A DNA stretch of 64,000 bases, counting the filler, from Paramecium tetraurelia (lineage: Eukaryota), in assembly GCA_000165425.1 (NCBI GenBank). It is 6 parts of 6 records of this genome, joined end to end, with 100 filler letters (N's around TTAATTAATTAA, not from the genome) between each part and the next. Parts side by side here need not be neighbours in the genome. Positions count along the whole stretch, not along the records: positions 24,093 to 47,782 come from CT868090.1; positions 47,883 to 59,829 come from CT868091.1; 4 more parts are not named here. One strand, 5' to 3'. The notes below the pieces were generated by a model. That model was not told the origin of the DNA, made no database searches, and saw nothing but the letters and a program-made list of their open reading frames with translations. The translations under genes were made by a program, and so were the position numbers. Positions 42,233 through 54,800 of this stretch are shown piece by piece. Numbering within the stretch: the stretch's first letter is position 1; every line of letters begins with the position of its first letter.

Positions 42233-43213
42233 TCATCTGAAACATGCTACAATAATTAAAACAATGTGAGCAAATAGATATACAATATCGATGTATATGA
42301 ACATGGCACCAATAATGTAGTCATCAATTGATAATTTGTGAGTCTACATGAAATATATTGATTACACTTCCTCCAATTATTAATTGAGTATCATATATTA
42401 GGTAGACTCCAAAGAGTAAGCTGGAAATCAATGAATAGAGTAAACTCATTGCTTGATCATAATACACTCCTGACAATATTGCGAAAAGAAATAGAGATGT
42501 ACTTGCCATAAATAAGAATGCCCCTTGAATAAACTTTTATTATAAATACCTTTAGTAGTGAAATCTTTTTTTGTTTTGCATGCATAAAGAGTAAGTCCAA
42601 TCACAGCAGCTAGAGTAAGGGCTGCAGCCATCAAAACAATAAATCCTAATTTAGAATTCAGTATACCTCCTTCTTCACTATATTTGTTGAAAACGTAACT
42701 ACAAAGTTGAGAAATAACATAACTTTCAGCAAGTGTGAAAACAAAGAGAAACAAGTAATTGTGAGGTACTCTCCATGAATATTTGGGTATCCACAATAAA
42801 ATCAATTCAATGATAATTGCTATTGCGATTGCCAAATAAACCCAACCTGAATGATCATTTTGAAAATCTCGATATGGAATACAGAAATAAGAGAAGCAGC
42901 AAGCTACAACTGTCAATATTAATTACAATATCATTATACTGTAAACCTTGTTTAATATTATATGAATAAATACTTTTCTGATAAACCCAGGTCTTTGATC
43001 TGCTGATAATGGCTTGTAGTTTTCGTTCTTAGCATACCATCGCTCATCTATTTAAACTAGTTATTCATCTGACTCCACTTTTTATTCGGAGTTTGGGTAA
43101 TTCTAAGTTGGTTTCACATCATAAACTGGAATATGAATATAATTATTTTTCTTCTTCTCATCTCCATTATTTAAGACAGGAGATTATTGGAATTCTATTT
43201 CCATATTTTGCAT
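42233..43213 (-). CDS. Bax inhibitor-1 / TMBIM (lifeguard-like) membrane protein
   Basis: RPGFIRK|VYSIMILQLILTV (intron 42947-42973), VPHNYLFLFVFTLAESY, TKKDFT, GVYLIYDTQLIIGG, LSIDDYIIGAMFIYIDIVYLF; TGA at 42233-42235. Confidence 0.93.
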
Positions 43214-44689
43214 GATCTTAATTTTAAATATATAATAACATTCTCGTAAAGTTTATACTTTCAATTAAAATGACAAAATAAAATTAATTTCTTTTTAATA
43301 TAATTAACAAATCAACACTTAAACCTTGGAGCTTTATTCCTCATACCAAACTCCTGAACATTTAATAAACAATAATCATTTTTTATATGCAATTTATTAT
43401 TTTAAATATTAAATTCTTAAATATATATTGTTTAGCAATTTCAAATGGGAAAAATTCAAAACTTCCCTTTATAAATTGTAACAAGAAGGTAAAATTTATC
43501 GAGTCTTCTAAAGATTTTTTTTTATTTTTACTTCACTATTAAGTTATCTTTTATTATTTCTACGATATATCATCAAAAATATTTTGCACCCCTGAAGATT
43601 TTCAACATTTGTTTCAAAATTTTAAATTTAATTGGTTTCTTTATTTTCATATTCCAATAAGGTTATTTCTAATTTCAAAATATAGGAAATAATTGATCCT
43701 TCTAAACTTATTTCTAGTACAAGTTCACCATGGCCAAATTCTGTAATTTATCCTTTGGCGTGGTTTTAAACATTTTATTACTTATTCATCAAGACCTTCT
43801 AGAGCAATAGAGATTTGTCCAGCTATTCAACAGAATGGCTTACATTAACCTGATAAATTATAAATATCTTTTTAGTGTTTTTATAAGAAAAATTGTAGAA
43901 ATGTCAATCTGAAATATACAAGAAATTAAAGTTCAAAATTATAGTTAAGAGGCTAAAAGCTTTAAGGGAAAAAGGAATTTTTAAAAATTATAATACTTTA
44001 TTTCGGAGGGGAACTATAGGTTCAAAAAAGGGTAACCAAACATTAAGAGTTCAAAATTATATTGATGAATTATGATAGATTACTTCTGATTTTGAATAAA
44101 AGATATAGTTATTGTGTAAAATAAGTTATGATTTTTGATCTATGAAATTGAATGAAATCTTGACTTTAATAATAATCTAAATAATCAATTTCATAAATCT
44201 TTGAAATCACAAATACGTATTACTTATCATATTAAATTTAAATACTTCTCCTGAAATGTACTTATAACCCACCTAAACTTACAGCAGTGTACAAATTCAT
44301 TTGAAATGAAATGCAGATGCGCAGGTTGAAAATTATATAAAATCCTCCTAAGCTTTTAGGTTTACATAGTGTCAGATATTTTTGCAATAAATATTAAACA
44401 GAACTCATAGGTATACATACATGATAAAGCAGTGTTTGAATAATATTAAAATCCTACATTAATATCATTAATCAAATTAAATCCTTTCCTATAGATTAGA
44501 TTCACAATAATTTATTCTAATTTAGTAATAAGACTGCTAGTTTTAGCTGCTATTTTAATAAACAAATCTAAATATACGCAAAATTGAATAAAATGATCAA
44601 AGTAATTATTATTTAATCGATGAAATTTTCGATAAATTATATATTTGTGTAAAAATACTCTTTATTTTATTTGCATCAATAATTATTCA

Positions 44690-45123
44690 TCATAATTCTT
44701 AATCCCTAAATCCAAGCATTTCAATGTCAAATTATAAATCTGAGTTTGGTGGAATGACTCTTCCTGCTCCTCTATTTCCATATGCTGTATCAGATGGGCA
44801 TATCACTGTAACCTTATCACCAAGTGTTAAATTTAAAACAACATCATCCCAGCATTTAATAACTTAACCTACTCCTACTCTGAAATCGAATGGTTAATTT
44901 CTATCCTTGCTACTATCGAATTTAGTGCCATCAAGCAATTTACCCTTAGGTATTCAATTAATATTACTGTATAATGCACCTTGACTTGGTCACCTTTCTC
45001 TGGATAATTGGCATGGCTACCTCTTTGATGTATTTTGATGGAATATTTCTAAATGAGATCTTAGTCATCAAGAGATGCCAAAGATATTGAAATAATTAAG
45101 GAAAGCAACAACAATTTATTCAT
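44690..45123 (-). CDS. FKBP-type peptidyl-prolyl isomerase with signal peptide (secretory/ER type), 136 aa
   Basis: MNKLLLLSLIISISLAS...GDQVKVHYT|GKLLDGTKFDSSKDRNQPFDFRVGVGQVIKCWD...AYGNRGAGRVIPPNSDLQFDIEMLGFRDQEL*; 23-nt intron at 44945-44967. Confidence 0.96.
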
Positions 45124-45423
45124 AATATTAAATTAAATAATTCTTTTTATTGAATATTATTTGAGCGATATGATTTATGTTTATGTAATAGCTCAAAGAA
45201 GTAATAAAGTTGTGAATTGAATTGAAAAGAGTAAATAAAAAGAACTTGGTGAAAAGAGTATTGAATATATTTTATTTAATATATAATTTAATTGTTATTA
45301 AATTAGCAATCTCTTTGTATTATTAAATTGTATATATATATATATAATATTAATTCTATTATTATCATCAATTTTCTATTAGAAATATATATTATTATAT
45401 TTAAGTTGAAATATTGAGAGAAG

Positions 45424-45696
45424 ATGCAAAAACAACAACAACAATAATAAAAAGAAAGTTTTATAGCTACTTCTGATGAGAAAAATCACATTTTATAAAG
45501 ATTAATCTTTATTTTAAAAAATAAAGAGAGAAAACCAAAAGATCAATTTTAATAAAAGAATTTTCAAGATGAAGTTCATTTTGATACTATATTGGATGGA
45601 ATAGATAAAGATTCTCATATTTCTAAAATATCCTCAGACACTTGTTAAGTTATATAGAAATTAAAATTTCAGATTATGAAGCTTTATTATTAAAAA
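45424..45696 (+). CDS. ORF B copy 4 (inverted duplicate of B3), interrupted by gap 45697-46202
   Basis: ATGCAAAAACAACAA... is near-identical to B3; a 1-nt deletion near 45645 may be a contig-end error. Confidence 0.7.
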
Positions 45697-46747
45697 NNNN
45701 NNNNNNNNNNNNNNNNNNNNNNNNNNNNNNNNNNNNNNNNNNNNNNNNNNNNNNNNNNNNNNNNNNNNNNNNNNNNNNNNNNNNNNNNNNNNNNNNNNNN
45801 NNNNNNNNNNNNNNNNNNNNNNNNNNNNNNNNNNNNNNNNNNNNNNNNNNNNNNNNNNNNNNNNNNNNNNNNNNNNNNNNNNNNNNNNNNNNNNNNNNNN
45901 NNNNNNNNNNNNNNNNNNNNNNNNNNNNNNNNNNNNNNNNNNNNNNNNNNNNNNNNNNNNNNNNNNNNNNNNNNNNNNNNNNNNNNNNNNNNNNNNNNNN
46001 NNNNNNNNNNNNNNNNNNNNNNNNNNNNNNNNNNNNNNNNNNNNNNNNNNNNNNNNNNNNNNNNNNNNNNNNNNNNNNNNNNNNNNNNNNNNNNNNNNNN
46101 NNNNNNNNNNNNNNNNNNNNNNNNNNNNNNNNNNNNNNNNNNNNNNNNNNNNNNNNNNNNNNNNNNNNNNNNNNNNNNNNNNNNNNNNNNNNNNNNNNNN
46201 NNAAATTGAAAATCTTTTTGAAATCAAATTTTATTTTTAAGTTAATTCTACATAAATCGAACTCATCTATATTTTTAATATCTATATATTTTTATTGATA
46301 ATTCTCATATATTTAATTACATAAGTATTATGATAATAATAAATTATAAATTAGTAAAACTTTACAGGAATTAGTTTGTGGAATTCTAGAAAAAGGTTAA
46401 GAGCCTTAAAATTAATACCCAAGAACGACATTAAATTAGAATAATCATTGTAAGATTAAAATTTATAGAATAATTTTATTAAAAAATGAAATGAAGTGCT
46501 TAAAAGATCACAATATAATTTTTAAATGAAATCACCAAGAATAATGCAATCATTTTAATTATATAAGTTATAATAATACTGTAGATAAATTTTCCAATTC
46601 AAAATAATTACAAATTGTGAGTCGAATGTTAAATAACTAAAAAAAAGTTAATGCTAATCAAACCATATTCAAATTTTAAAGGTTAAATGATAAATTAATC
46701 TAACGACATATTATATCGAAATTTGTATCAAAAATTAATAAAAAAAT

Positions 46748-46828
46748 CGTCAACTGCAGGATTCGAACCTGCGCGGGTAAACCCAATAGATTTCTAATCT
46801 ACCGCCATAACCACTCGGCCAAGCTGAC
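46748..46828 (-). tRNA. tRNA-Ser, anticodon AGA
   Basis: Exact reverse complement of 37388-37468. Confidence 0.97.
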
Positions 46829-47090
46829 TTGTATGTAAGTATTTATCTTCAAAATTATAACCATTAAAAATAATAATCAAATTTTTTAACATTAATATCT
46901 TTTTTATAGTAAAATGTATATTATTATTTTAGAATTAACATACCTCAAATATTTCTTTGAATTTGAAGATGATTTTTGTATAAAAAAGAATAGGGTGAAT
47001 TAATATATTTTATAAATATGACATTCTATAAATAGATGAGCATTTAAATAAAATAAATTTAATATATATTAGAACTAAGAGATATAAACA

Positions 47091-47782
47091 ATGAAAAGCC
47101 CAATTTCCTTTGTGTATTTTTCTCTCCTGTTAATAACAATTAGTAGGTCTTAACTAATTTATAGTAATTTTCACGGAACTTTTACATCTGCAAGCTTTGG
47201 TATGTTATTGTTATATTAAGATAGGAATATTTACTAAAAGGATATTAACGGTTATTCTGTGGTAAGTTGTGGATTAAATAATGTCTTAAACATGATCCCA
47301 TGCTCGCACTATGCCTTTAATAGTTTAACATCAAAAACTTTTGAGCTTCCGCCACATGATATAGTCAATCTGTCATTTAAACTTTGGATGTAATTATAAT
47401 ATTGTATAAATAGGATAAGCTCTGCAAGCTATTCCTTCTATTTGTATGTTGACAACGAACTTTATCTTCTAATCTAAAATTCTCTATACACTTTTACAAA
47501 CGATTGTCCACCATATGAATCAAATAGAATATCTAAAAATATTATTCATTCCAGCACTTCTATTCAAATTACAATGGCCTCTGATTGGAATTAATGGGGC
47601 TTTTCTGAATTTAATTTAAATGTCGAAAATACCATTTATTATATTTGGAAATTAGTTAATTAATCGTTTAGTAAAAGAGGTTCTCCACTATATCTGTAGA
47701 TGATGGGTGGATGACTAACAACATAGTTTCCTAATAAGTAGATTAATGCACAGGTATAATCAATAAGTAGATATAGATTTCA
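47091..47782 (+). CDS. Gene A copy 4 (5' part), truncated by scaffold end
   Basis: MKSPISFVYFSLLLITISRSQLIYSNFHGTFTSASF + 21-nt intron, then ...KTFELPPHDIVNLSFKLW...CPPYES...WGFSEFNL. A 1-nt deletion near 47680 lies close to the contig end. Confidence 0.8.
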
Positions 47783-47882
47783 NNNNNNNNNNNNNNNNNN
47801 NNNNNNNNNNNNNNNNNNNNNNNNNNTTAATTAATTAANNNNNNNNNNNNNNNNNNNNNNNNNNNNNNNNNNNNNNNNNNNN
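47783..47882. other. Artificial scaffold-joining spacer
   Basis: 44N + TTAATTAATTAA (47827-47838) + 44N. Confidence 0.97.
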
Positions 47883-47980
47883 ACATAATTACTCTGCAAG
47901 GGTAATTAGTTAATAAATGATGATAATGAACTTATTTAACATTTAATAGAAATAGAAAAGATTTAATATTTATATTAATT

Positions 47981-48993
47981 ATGCAAAAAAATAAATGTGT
48001 ATACTATGAAATGCCCTAATTTAGATCATGCTAATGATCTCAAACTTATATGTTTTGATGAGTCTTGTAAAACAAATGTAATGTATGAGAGATGGAATCA
48101 TGTTTCTTATATGAAAAATTAATAAGACTAACCAAAGTTATTTGAATTTATTTAATAAATTAAAAAAGAATGTAATGATTCGATTTCTAGTTTGTTTAAA
48201 TAAATGAATTTGGCTTATAAATCAATAGATTTATTGGTTGAAGGTATTAGATAAAAATATCAGTAATCTAAACAATAATTCCTTAATTTAAATTAAAAAT
48301 AGAGAAATTCCTTTTTTGCATAAATTATCTAATTCAACTCATTTTAATATACAATCGGTTCAAAATTATACTTCATTTAATCAATTTTATAGAATAATAT
48401 TGATAAAATTGTTGATCGATATCTGATTCTATACAAAAAAGTCTGAAGAATTATATGAATAAGGGAATAAATAAATTAAATTAGGCCATCGTTTATATTT
48501 GAATGATAAGAAATTTGAAGAAGCGATTAAACTTTGTGATTAAGCATTAATCTTTAATTCAGTACATAAATTATCATTAAGGTGAAAATGTATGATTACT
48601 GTTAAATTTAATAGCGGCTAGATTATGATGCTTGGTAAATACGATGATGCAATTATTTGGACAGATAAGGCACTAAAAGTACATTGCAATTCATAATTTT
48701 GCAAATTGATGATTAAAGTTAAATTTGAAGGAAGCGCATTAATATCATTGAAAACGTTTGAATAAGCGATGTAGGTGATTTAGTAATCTTTATCAATCAA
48801 TTCAAATCATTTTGATTCATTGGGAGCAAAAGGTTGATGAATTTTACTTCGAAAGGTTTTTGTTTAAAATAAAAAATATAATCTAAGATTTCTTAGAAGC
48901 CTGAATATTTTATGGAAAAGCCTTAAAGATAATTCAAAATCATTCATGGACTAAAAACAGATGAATGTTAAAAAGTCTTACTTAAAAAATGAA
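47981..48993 (+). pseudogene. Cys/His-motif + coiled-coil + TPR pseudogene
   Basis: MKCPNLDHANDLKLICFDESCK and TPR fragments FEEAIKLCDQAL and LGKYDDAIIWTDKALKV, with frameshifts and an in-frame TGA. Confidence 0.65.
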
Positions 48994-48999
48994 AATTTA

Positions 49000-50936
49000 A
49001 ATTTTATAAACAGTATAGTATAATTTATATTTCTAAATCTAATCACATTCTTGATTTCTTTAAATAGAAATTCTGTTTGTTTTAATAAAACCATTTTGCA
49101 TATTTCAAAAAGCAACCAAAGTGATTCAATATAAATATTTTGATGAATCAATCCTTTCTTTACTGATTTATAACATCATATTAAAAGGCATGTTCATTAA
49201 AAAATAGGAGTATGATTGTTAATTGAATAACTGAGTTTAGTAAATTATTAATTGTTTCATAAAATTTCTATGCTGTTAGGAGGTTATAAAAATTATGAAT
49301 CTAACTAATTATCAACCGAAAAATCTCAATAAAATTATCCATGAAAATTGAGTTTTTAAGTTATGATCAACAAATAGCTACACTGTCAACGTGTTCAATT
49401 AAAATAAGCTACTTTGTCATATATTATATTAAGCCAAAAACAAATCAGCATGCAAATTATAGTCCGACTTGCTTTGCATCTTAATTGGATTATTTTTAAT
49501 GAATTTTGAATTTGATAATGGACTCTTTATAATTCAATGGGTGAAAATTGAAAATATATATTAATTATCCATAACTCAAAATCCTTTTCTCCATTTATTT
49601 GTTTCTTAAGTACTTTTTTCAGTATCTAAAACAAAAGAAATTCAATTTGACATTAGAAAAAAACAACAAATTTAAATATTTAAAGGCGTTTGCTTTTCTA
49701 TATCTAGAGAAAACTAATAAAATACTTCGATAGAATTATTGCAGAATCAGTAAAAATTAAATATTAGAATATATACTTAATTTTCCTCTCTGTTTATTGA
49801 TATCTTTTATTAAGTTTATTCATTTATCTACACCCATACATAAATATCTCATATTCTTCTCAGATGAAGAAGTAGATAGAAAAAACTACAAGGGCTACGA
49901 TATCAATCTAATCATAAAACATTTGTTTGGAATATGATGCCTTTTCCACTCATATACTTGCTTGATCAATTTTTTATTAGAAACCATTACTGCTCATCAT
50001 AATTATCTTCATTAAATTCAAAATAGTATTACGTTTTCTAAGTGAATTTAAATGAGAAAATTATAGAATTTTAATTTGCTAATATCCAAAATTGAGCTTA
50101 TATTAAAAATTATTGATTTTAATTTCAATGTCTCATCAATCATAAATGAGGTGTGATTTTTATAAAATAATCCATAATAAAGGTTTAAACTTTGACGCTT
50201 TATGATTAGGATTTGATATTCTAATTTCACTCCTTCAAAATTATTAAATGTTAAAATTTTTTGATTTAATCTTTATCTATGATAAGTTTAAAGTAATTTA
50301 TTCATTTGCAACATCATTTACCATTCTAAATTCTTCCTATATTCCCTCTTACCTAGTTTTGGTTCATTATGTTCCCCAAATTTCATATACTACTATTTCT
50401 AAACAATTTTTATTATGTTGGTATTTCTTTTTAAACTTTGTAATCTATCGCATAAAAATAAACACCTCATTTATTCACTTCATTTAAGACAAGGTTATAT
50501 ACTTTTTGAGTTATTTGATATTCTATTTAATTATCTTCTATCTTATGAATCTACATTACATAATATAACTTCTTAAAAGGTCTTTAAATATCCCATTAGT
50601 TAATACTGATTATTCATTCAGATATATTCTGAAAGTAAACAAAATAATTTGAAAAAAATATAAAATATCTCCTTCTTCATCTAGCTAAGTAATCTCAACT
50701 TTGGAATTGACAATTAAGGAGCCTTCAATGTAGAGTGTTTTGCAAACTTTTTGATTAAATTCATTACAAATAAGATATTGTCGCATGAGGTAAGTATACT
50801 TCAATTGTATAAAGCGTGGAATAAGCATCTCAAAGAATGATTAATTTGGATGCTAAGCCTAATTCTATAATTCCAATGATTTATGAAAGTAGAAAATCTA
50901 CCTTATTAATAAAAAACGACTCAAAATTGTTGACAT
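49000..50936 (-). pseudogene. Degenerate hypothetical gene, possibly the N-terminal region of a large Paramecium NACHT/WD40-type protein
   Basis: Open stretch MSTILSRFLLIRQIFYFHK...LDEEGDI and later EWKRHH...MIRLISQPL. The family link is a recalled resemblance only; no NACHT P-loop was seen. Confidence 0.3.
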
Positions 50937-51860
50937 TATTTTTATAAATATTCCTTTATTCCTTGTTAATCCAGGCTGGCTAAAGTTTAAGTTTACAGTT
51001 TTCTTTTTATTGCATTTTTAATTATGATAAAAAAATGTCAAATAAATAAGATTCTTAATTTGTACCATTTATTGGAGTAGTATTTAAATTATTTAGGAAT
51101 TATGAAATCTAATCATATTATTTTATCAAAGGACTCCTAAACTATTGTTACTTTTTATTTGAAAAGCATCCCTAAATCATTTCTAAAACCCCTCAAAAAA
51201 AATGCTAATAGATCTTCTTAAATAAACAATAATGATTTCTCTTTAAGATACTCCCAAATCTAAAATGAAATTTAAAAATTGCTCATAAAACTTTTATTTT
51301 GATTTACACCATAAGTTAACTTAAAAAAATATTTGCATAATTGATAGATTATCACACCTACCAATTACTTTCCTTAATATGAAAGGCTAGTACAATGTGT
51401 ACAACTAATACTNNNNNNNNNNNNNNNNNNNNNNNNNNNNNNNNNNNNNNNNNNNNNNNNNNNNNNNNNNNNNNNNNNNNNNNNNNNNNNNNNNNNNNNN
51501 NNNNNNNNNNNNNNNNNNNNNNNNNNNNNNNNNNNNNNNNNNNNNNNNNNNNNNNNNNNNNNNNNNNNNNNNNNNNNNNNNNNNNNNNNNNNNNNNNNNN
51601 NNNNNNNNNNNNNNNNNNNNNNNNNNNNNNNNNNNNNNNNNNNNNNNNNNNNNNNNNNNNNNNNNNNNNNNNNNNNNNNNNNNNNNNNNNNNNNNNNNNN
51701 NNNNNNNNNNNNNNNNNNNNNNNNNNNNNNNNNNNNNNNNNNNNNNNNNNNNNNNNNNNNNNNNNNNNNNNNNNNNNNNNNNNNNNNNNNNNNNNNNNNN
51801 NNNNNNNNNNNNNNNNNNNNNNNNNNNNNNNNNNNNNNNNNNNNNNNNNNNNNNNNNNNN

Positions 51861-54800
51861 CCACTATCATTATAACTAAGCTATCTTACACCATGTTTTC
51901 CTTCTAAATCAAAATGCTTGGGAGTATCGCATTTATAATATCCACCGACATCAATTTTAAGATGCTAGTTTGGTAAGTGTTAAACTCAGAAAAGCACAAG
52001 ATGCCATTAAAACGCCGATGGAACAATGACAAGCAAATTAATCATAAGAAATCACAATTAATCCTGATCCACTTCTTGTGTAAGCAACAGTACTAAATCA
52101 TTTAGTGCAAGTCCCTTATAATTGATAAAGCATAGTTTTAATTAGTAGCCCATCTGACTCCAACACACTGATTCAATCAAAAGTTGAAAATACTTTGCAT
52201 TAATTGCAATCATTAACAAACAAACCATAATAATCAGCACATTCTCTGGCTGAATAATCAGCAGTATAAGGTTGTAAATGAGAGCAGTATACAGATAGGC
52301 ATCTGTACATAAATCATTAGTATACATGAGATAGTAAATTCCAAGTGTATAATCTCCATAATAATACAATTCCATTTATATTACATATAGCCTTAATAGT
52401 GATATATTCATGAATAGTCAATATAAAATTTTGAATTTATATAGCTTTTGAAATGAATTAGATGCATGATGTTTGCATTTGGTAATAGTTGATCCATTTT
52501 TAATTAAAATATCAAATAAGTTCAGATCAAATATAAAGTATTCTAAAGAATAATGAATGCAGAAAAAGTGAAATAATCACATACAGCAAATGGTGTGTAT
52601 ATTTGTTGAAAGTGCTGATGTTGAACTAATAATCACACATAGGATGCCAAGAATACAATAAGTTGTTGAACTATAAAATAGGTGAAGCATTAACATTAAA
52701 CAGAGGCAACAGGATATTTGGAAGTATCATCAAATATGCATAACTGCATGATTCGGTAGTTAATACAACTACATGCAAGTTTTACATGCAATAGAGCTTT
52801 CTCTTAAAATATGCTGAGGAATGTTTGCAACAACTACTTAAAGAAGATTTTAATACTCGAAAAGAAAAAAAACATATAAATCAAGTTGAAACAGCTATCT
52901 TTGTCATCAGTAGATGATATAGCATTTGTAAGAATGATTTTAAGGGAACAATCATAAAGTCTTTGGTTATTAGATTAACCTAATTTATGCCTTCATATCG
53001 TAATAGCTTTGTATATAATCTGCCTAATCATTATCTGATTATTATTTCAACCAATCAGATAAAAGAAAATACAAAGACTTCTATATTAATCTCAATTTTG
53101 GTAGATTTGATTTACAACTCTTACTTTGAGATTCGATGAAATAGTCTGACAATGTTAGGAAACGAAATAGATTTTAATCAAAGATTATGAAAATTCATAA
53201 CCAAGTACCTTTCTATTGATTATTAATAACTCAAGATGATTGGCATCTCAAAGTCTCCTTGCATGAGGGTTTCATTGGCATATTCGCTATAAGAGTATTT
53301 TTTGTTTTTTTATTTCCTCTTTCTGGTTCATCAATTAATTCATCAGACTATTATTGCATTCCAATACATATAATCAAGCATTTAGACAAAAACAACGAAG
53401 CATTTCACTACATAATATTTGTATGAAGTAATTAATGTGATAAAAGTCTCTTAGAGTGTTTAAAACTGCATTCAAAAATGCTGCTACTCATATTTTTAAG
53501 TAGATATTTCTAAATTTGCGAGAATTTTATATAATAACTGTATAATATCAGGCAAAATTGAGAGCCATCATACAATACTCATTAGATAATTTATTAGAAT
53601 TTACATATCAACCTTTCGCAGGTGCATGCTGTGTGTATCATATACCTTCCTAGAAGTTCTAATTTAATACCAATATCTATCAAAAATGTGTTAGTGCAGC
53701 AATCAATTAGTATAACTAAGAATGAATACAATTAAGTATTACACACCAGCTTTGCTGACAGTTCCTTTTGTGCATTTTTTGTTTCTAAAATGAAATACCA
53801 GGGTCGACTTCAAGGGAGGGTAAAGGACATTAACAACCCCTAATTCAATAATGCAGTGAGGATCTTAACATTTTACCAGAAGGAAACAAGCATCAAACCA
53901 TTACATATATTAAATTATTGAATTTTTTTTCTTCTCATGGTTGAGCAAATCAGTAGAGCTTTCGAATATATTAGAAGTAAATAACACTTTCAAAATGTGC
54001 TGAGGAATTATTTTGACAATAAGAAAGGATTCTCCATTTAAATCTATTTCAGGAAAGAAGCATAACATGCATGTCCAGGATCTGTGCATGCGTAACAGGA
54101 TGTTTAGCCAGATAACTGATCTCTAGCTTTTGATCACAAGATGTGATTAGAGGAGATGTGGAGAATAAAACTATTAAGGTTGAACAATTTTGTGATTGCA
54201 TTATCTGCAAGCGTTGCTATAAATTATATTAAATGATCATAGTTGAGGGAAATGGTTTATGTGAGCCTGGAATAAATCGAGCTGTCAAAAATATTTTTCG
54301 GAACGATTTCAAAAAGGTTAAATTGTTGCCATGTGTAAATTAAATTAAATATACAAAATATTAATCTATGCAGTATCGGTGCCTCATTAAAAAATTGGAT
54401 CTCTAGATCTAAATATAATATTCTTATTTTTTTGATATAGCTACTCCTTGATATTGAAATTCAAATTGAGTTTAATCATTTGAAATGATAACTGGTAACT
54501 TTTAGTACAAGAATAAGTAAAGGATATTTCTAAAAATACAAAAGAAATTTAAGTGAAGACAGTACAAAAAAAATGGCATCCCAAAATGAAAGCATGACAA
54601 AACTTGGCATATTGGGGCTAGCAATATTTACCAGTAAGAAAGTGAATTTACATTTGATGACTCAAGATCTCATTGAGATGAAGTATCTCAAGCACTACAT
54701 TTTTCCTTAAAATAAAGGCATAGATTTAGGAAATGAATAAAGCAGTTGTTGGAGACATGTAAAAATTAATATTGGATGTTGAAATGAGAGTCAATAATTT

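Larger units (their letters stand above)
45193..47782 (-). repeat. Right arm of long inverted duplication
   Basis: Contains inverted ORF B, tRNA-Ser(AGA) and the 5' end of gene A; near-identical to the left arm with scattered SNPs and small indels. Confidence 0.93.
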
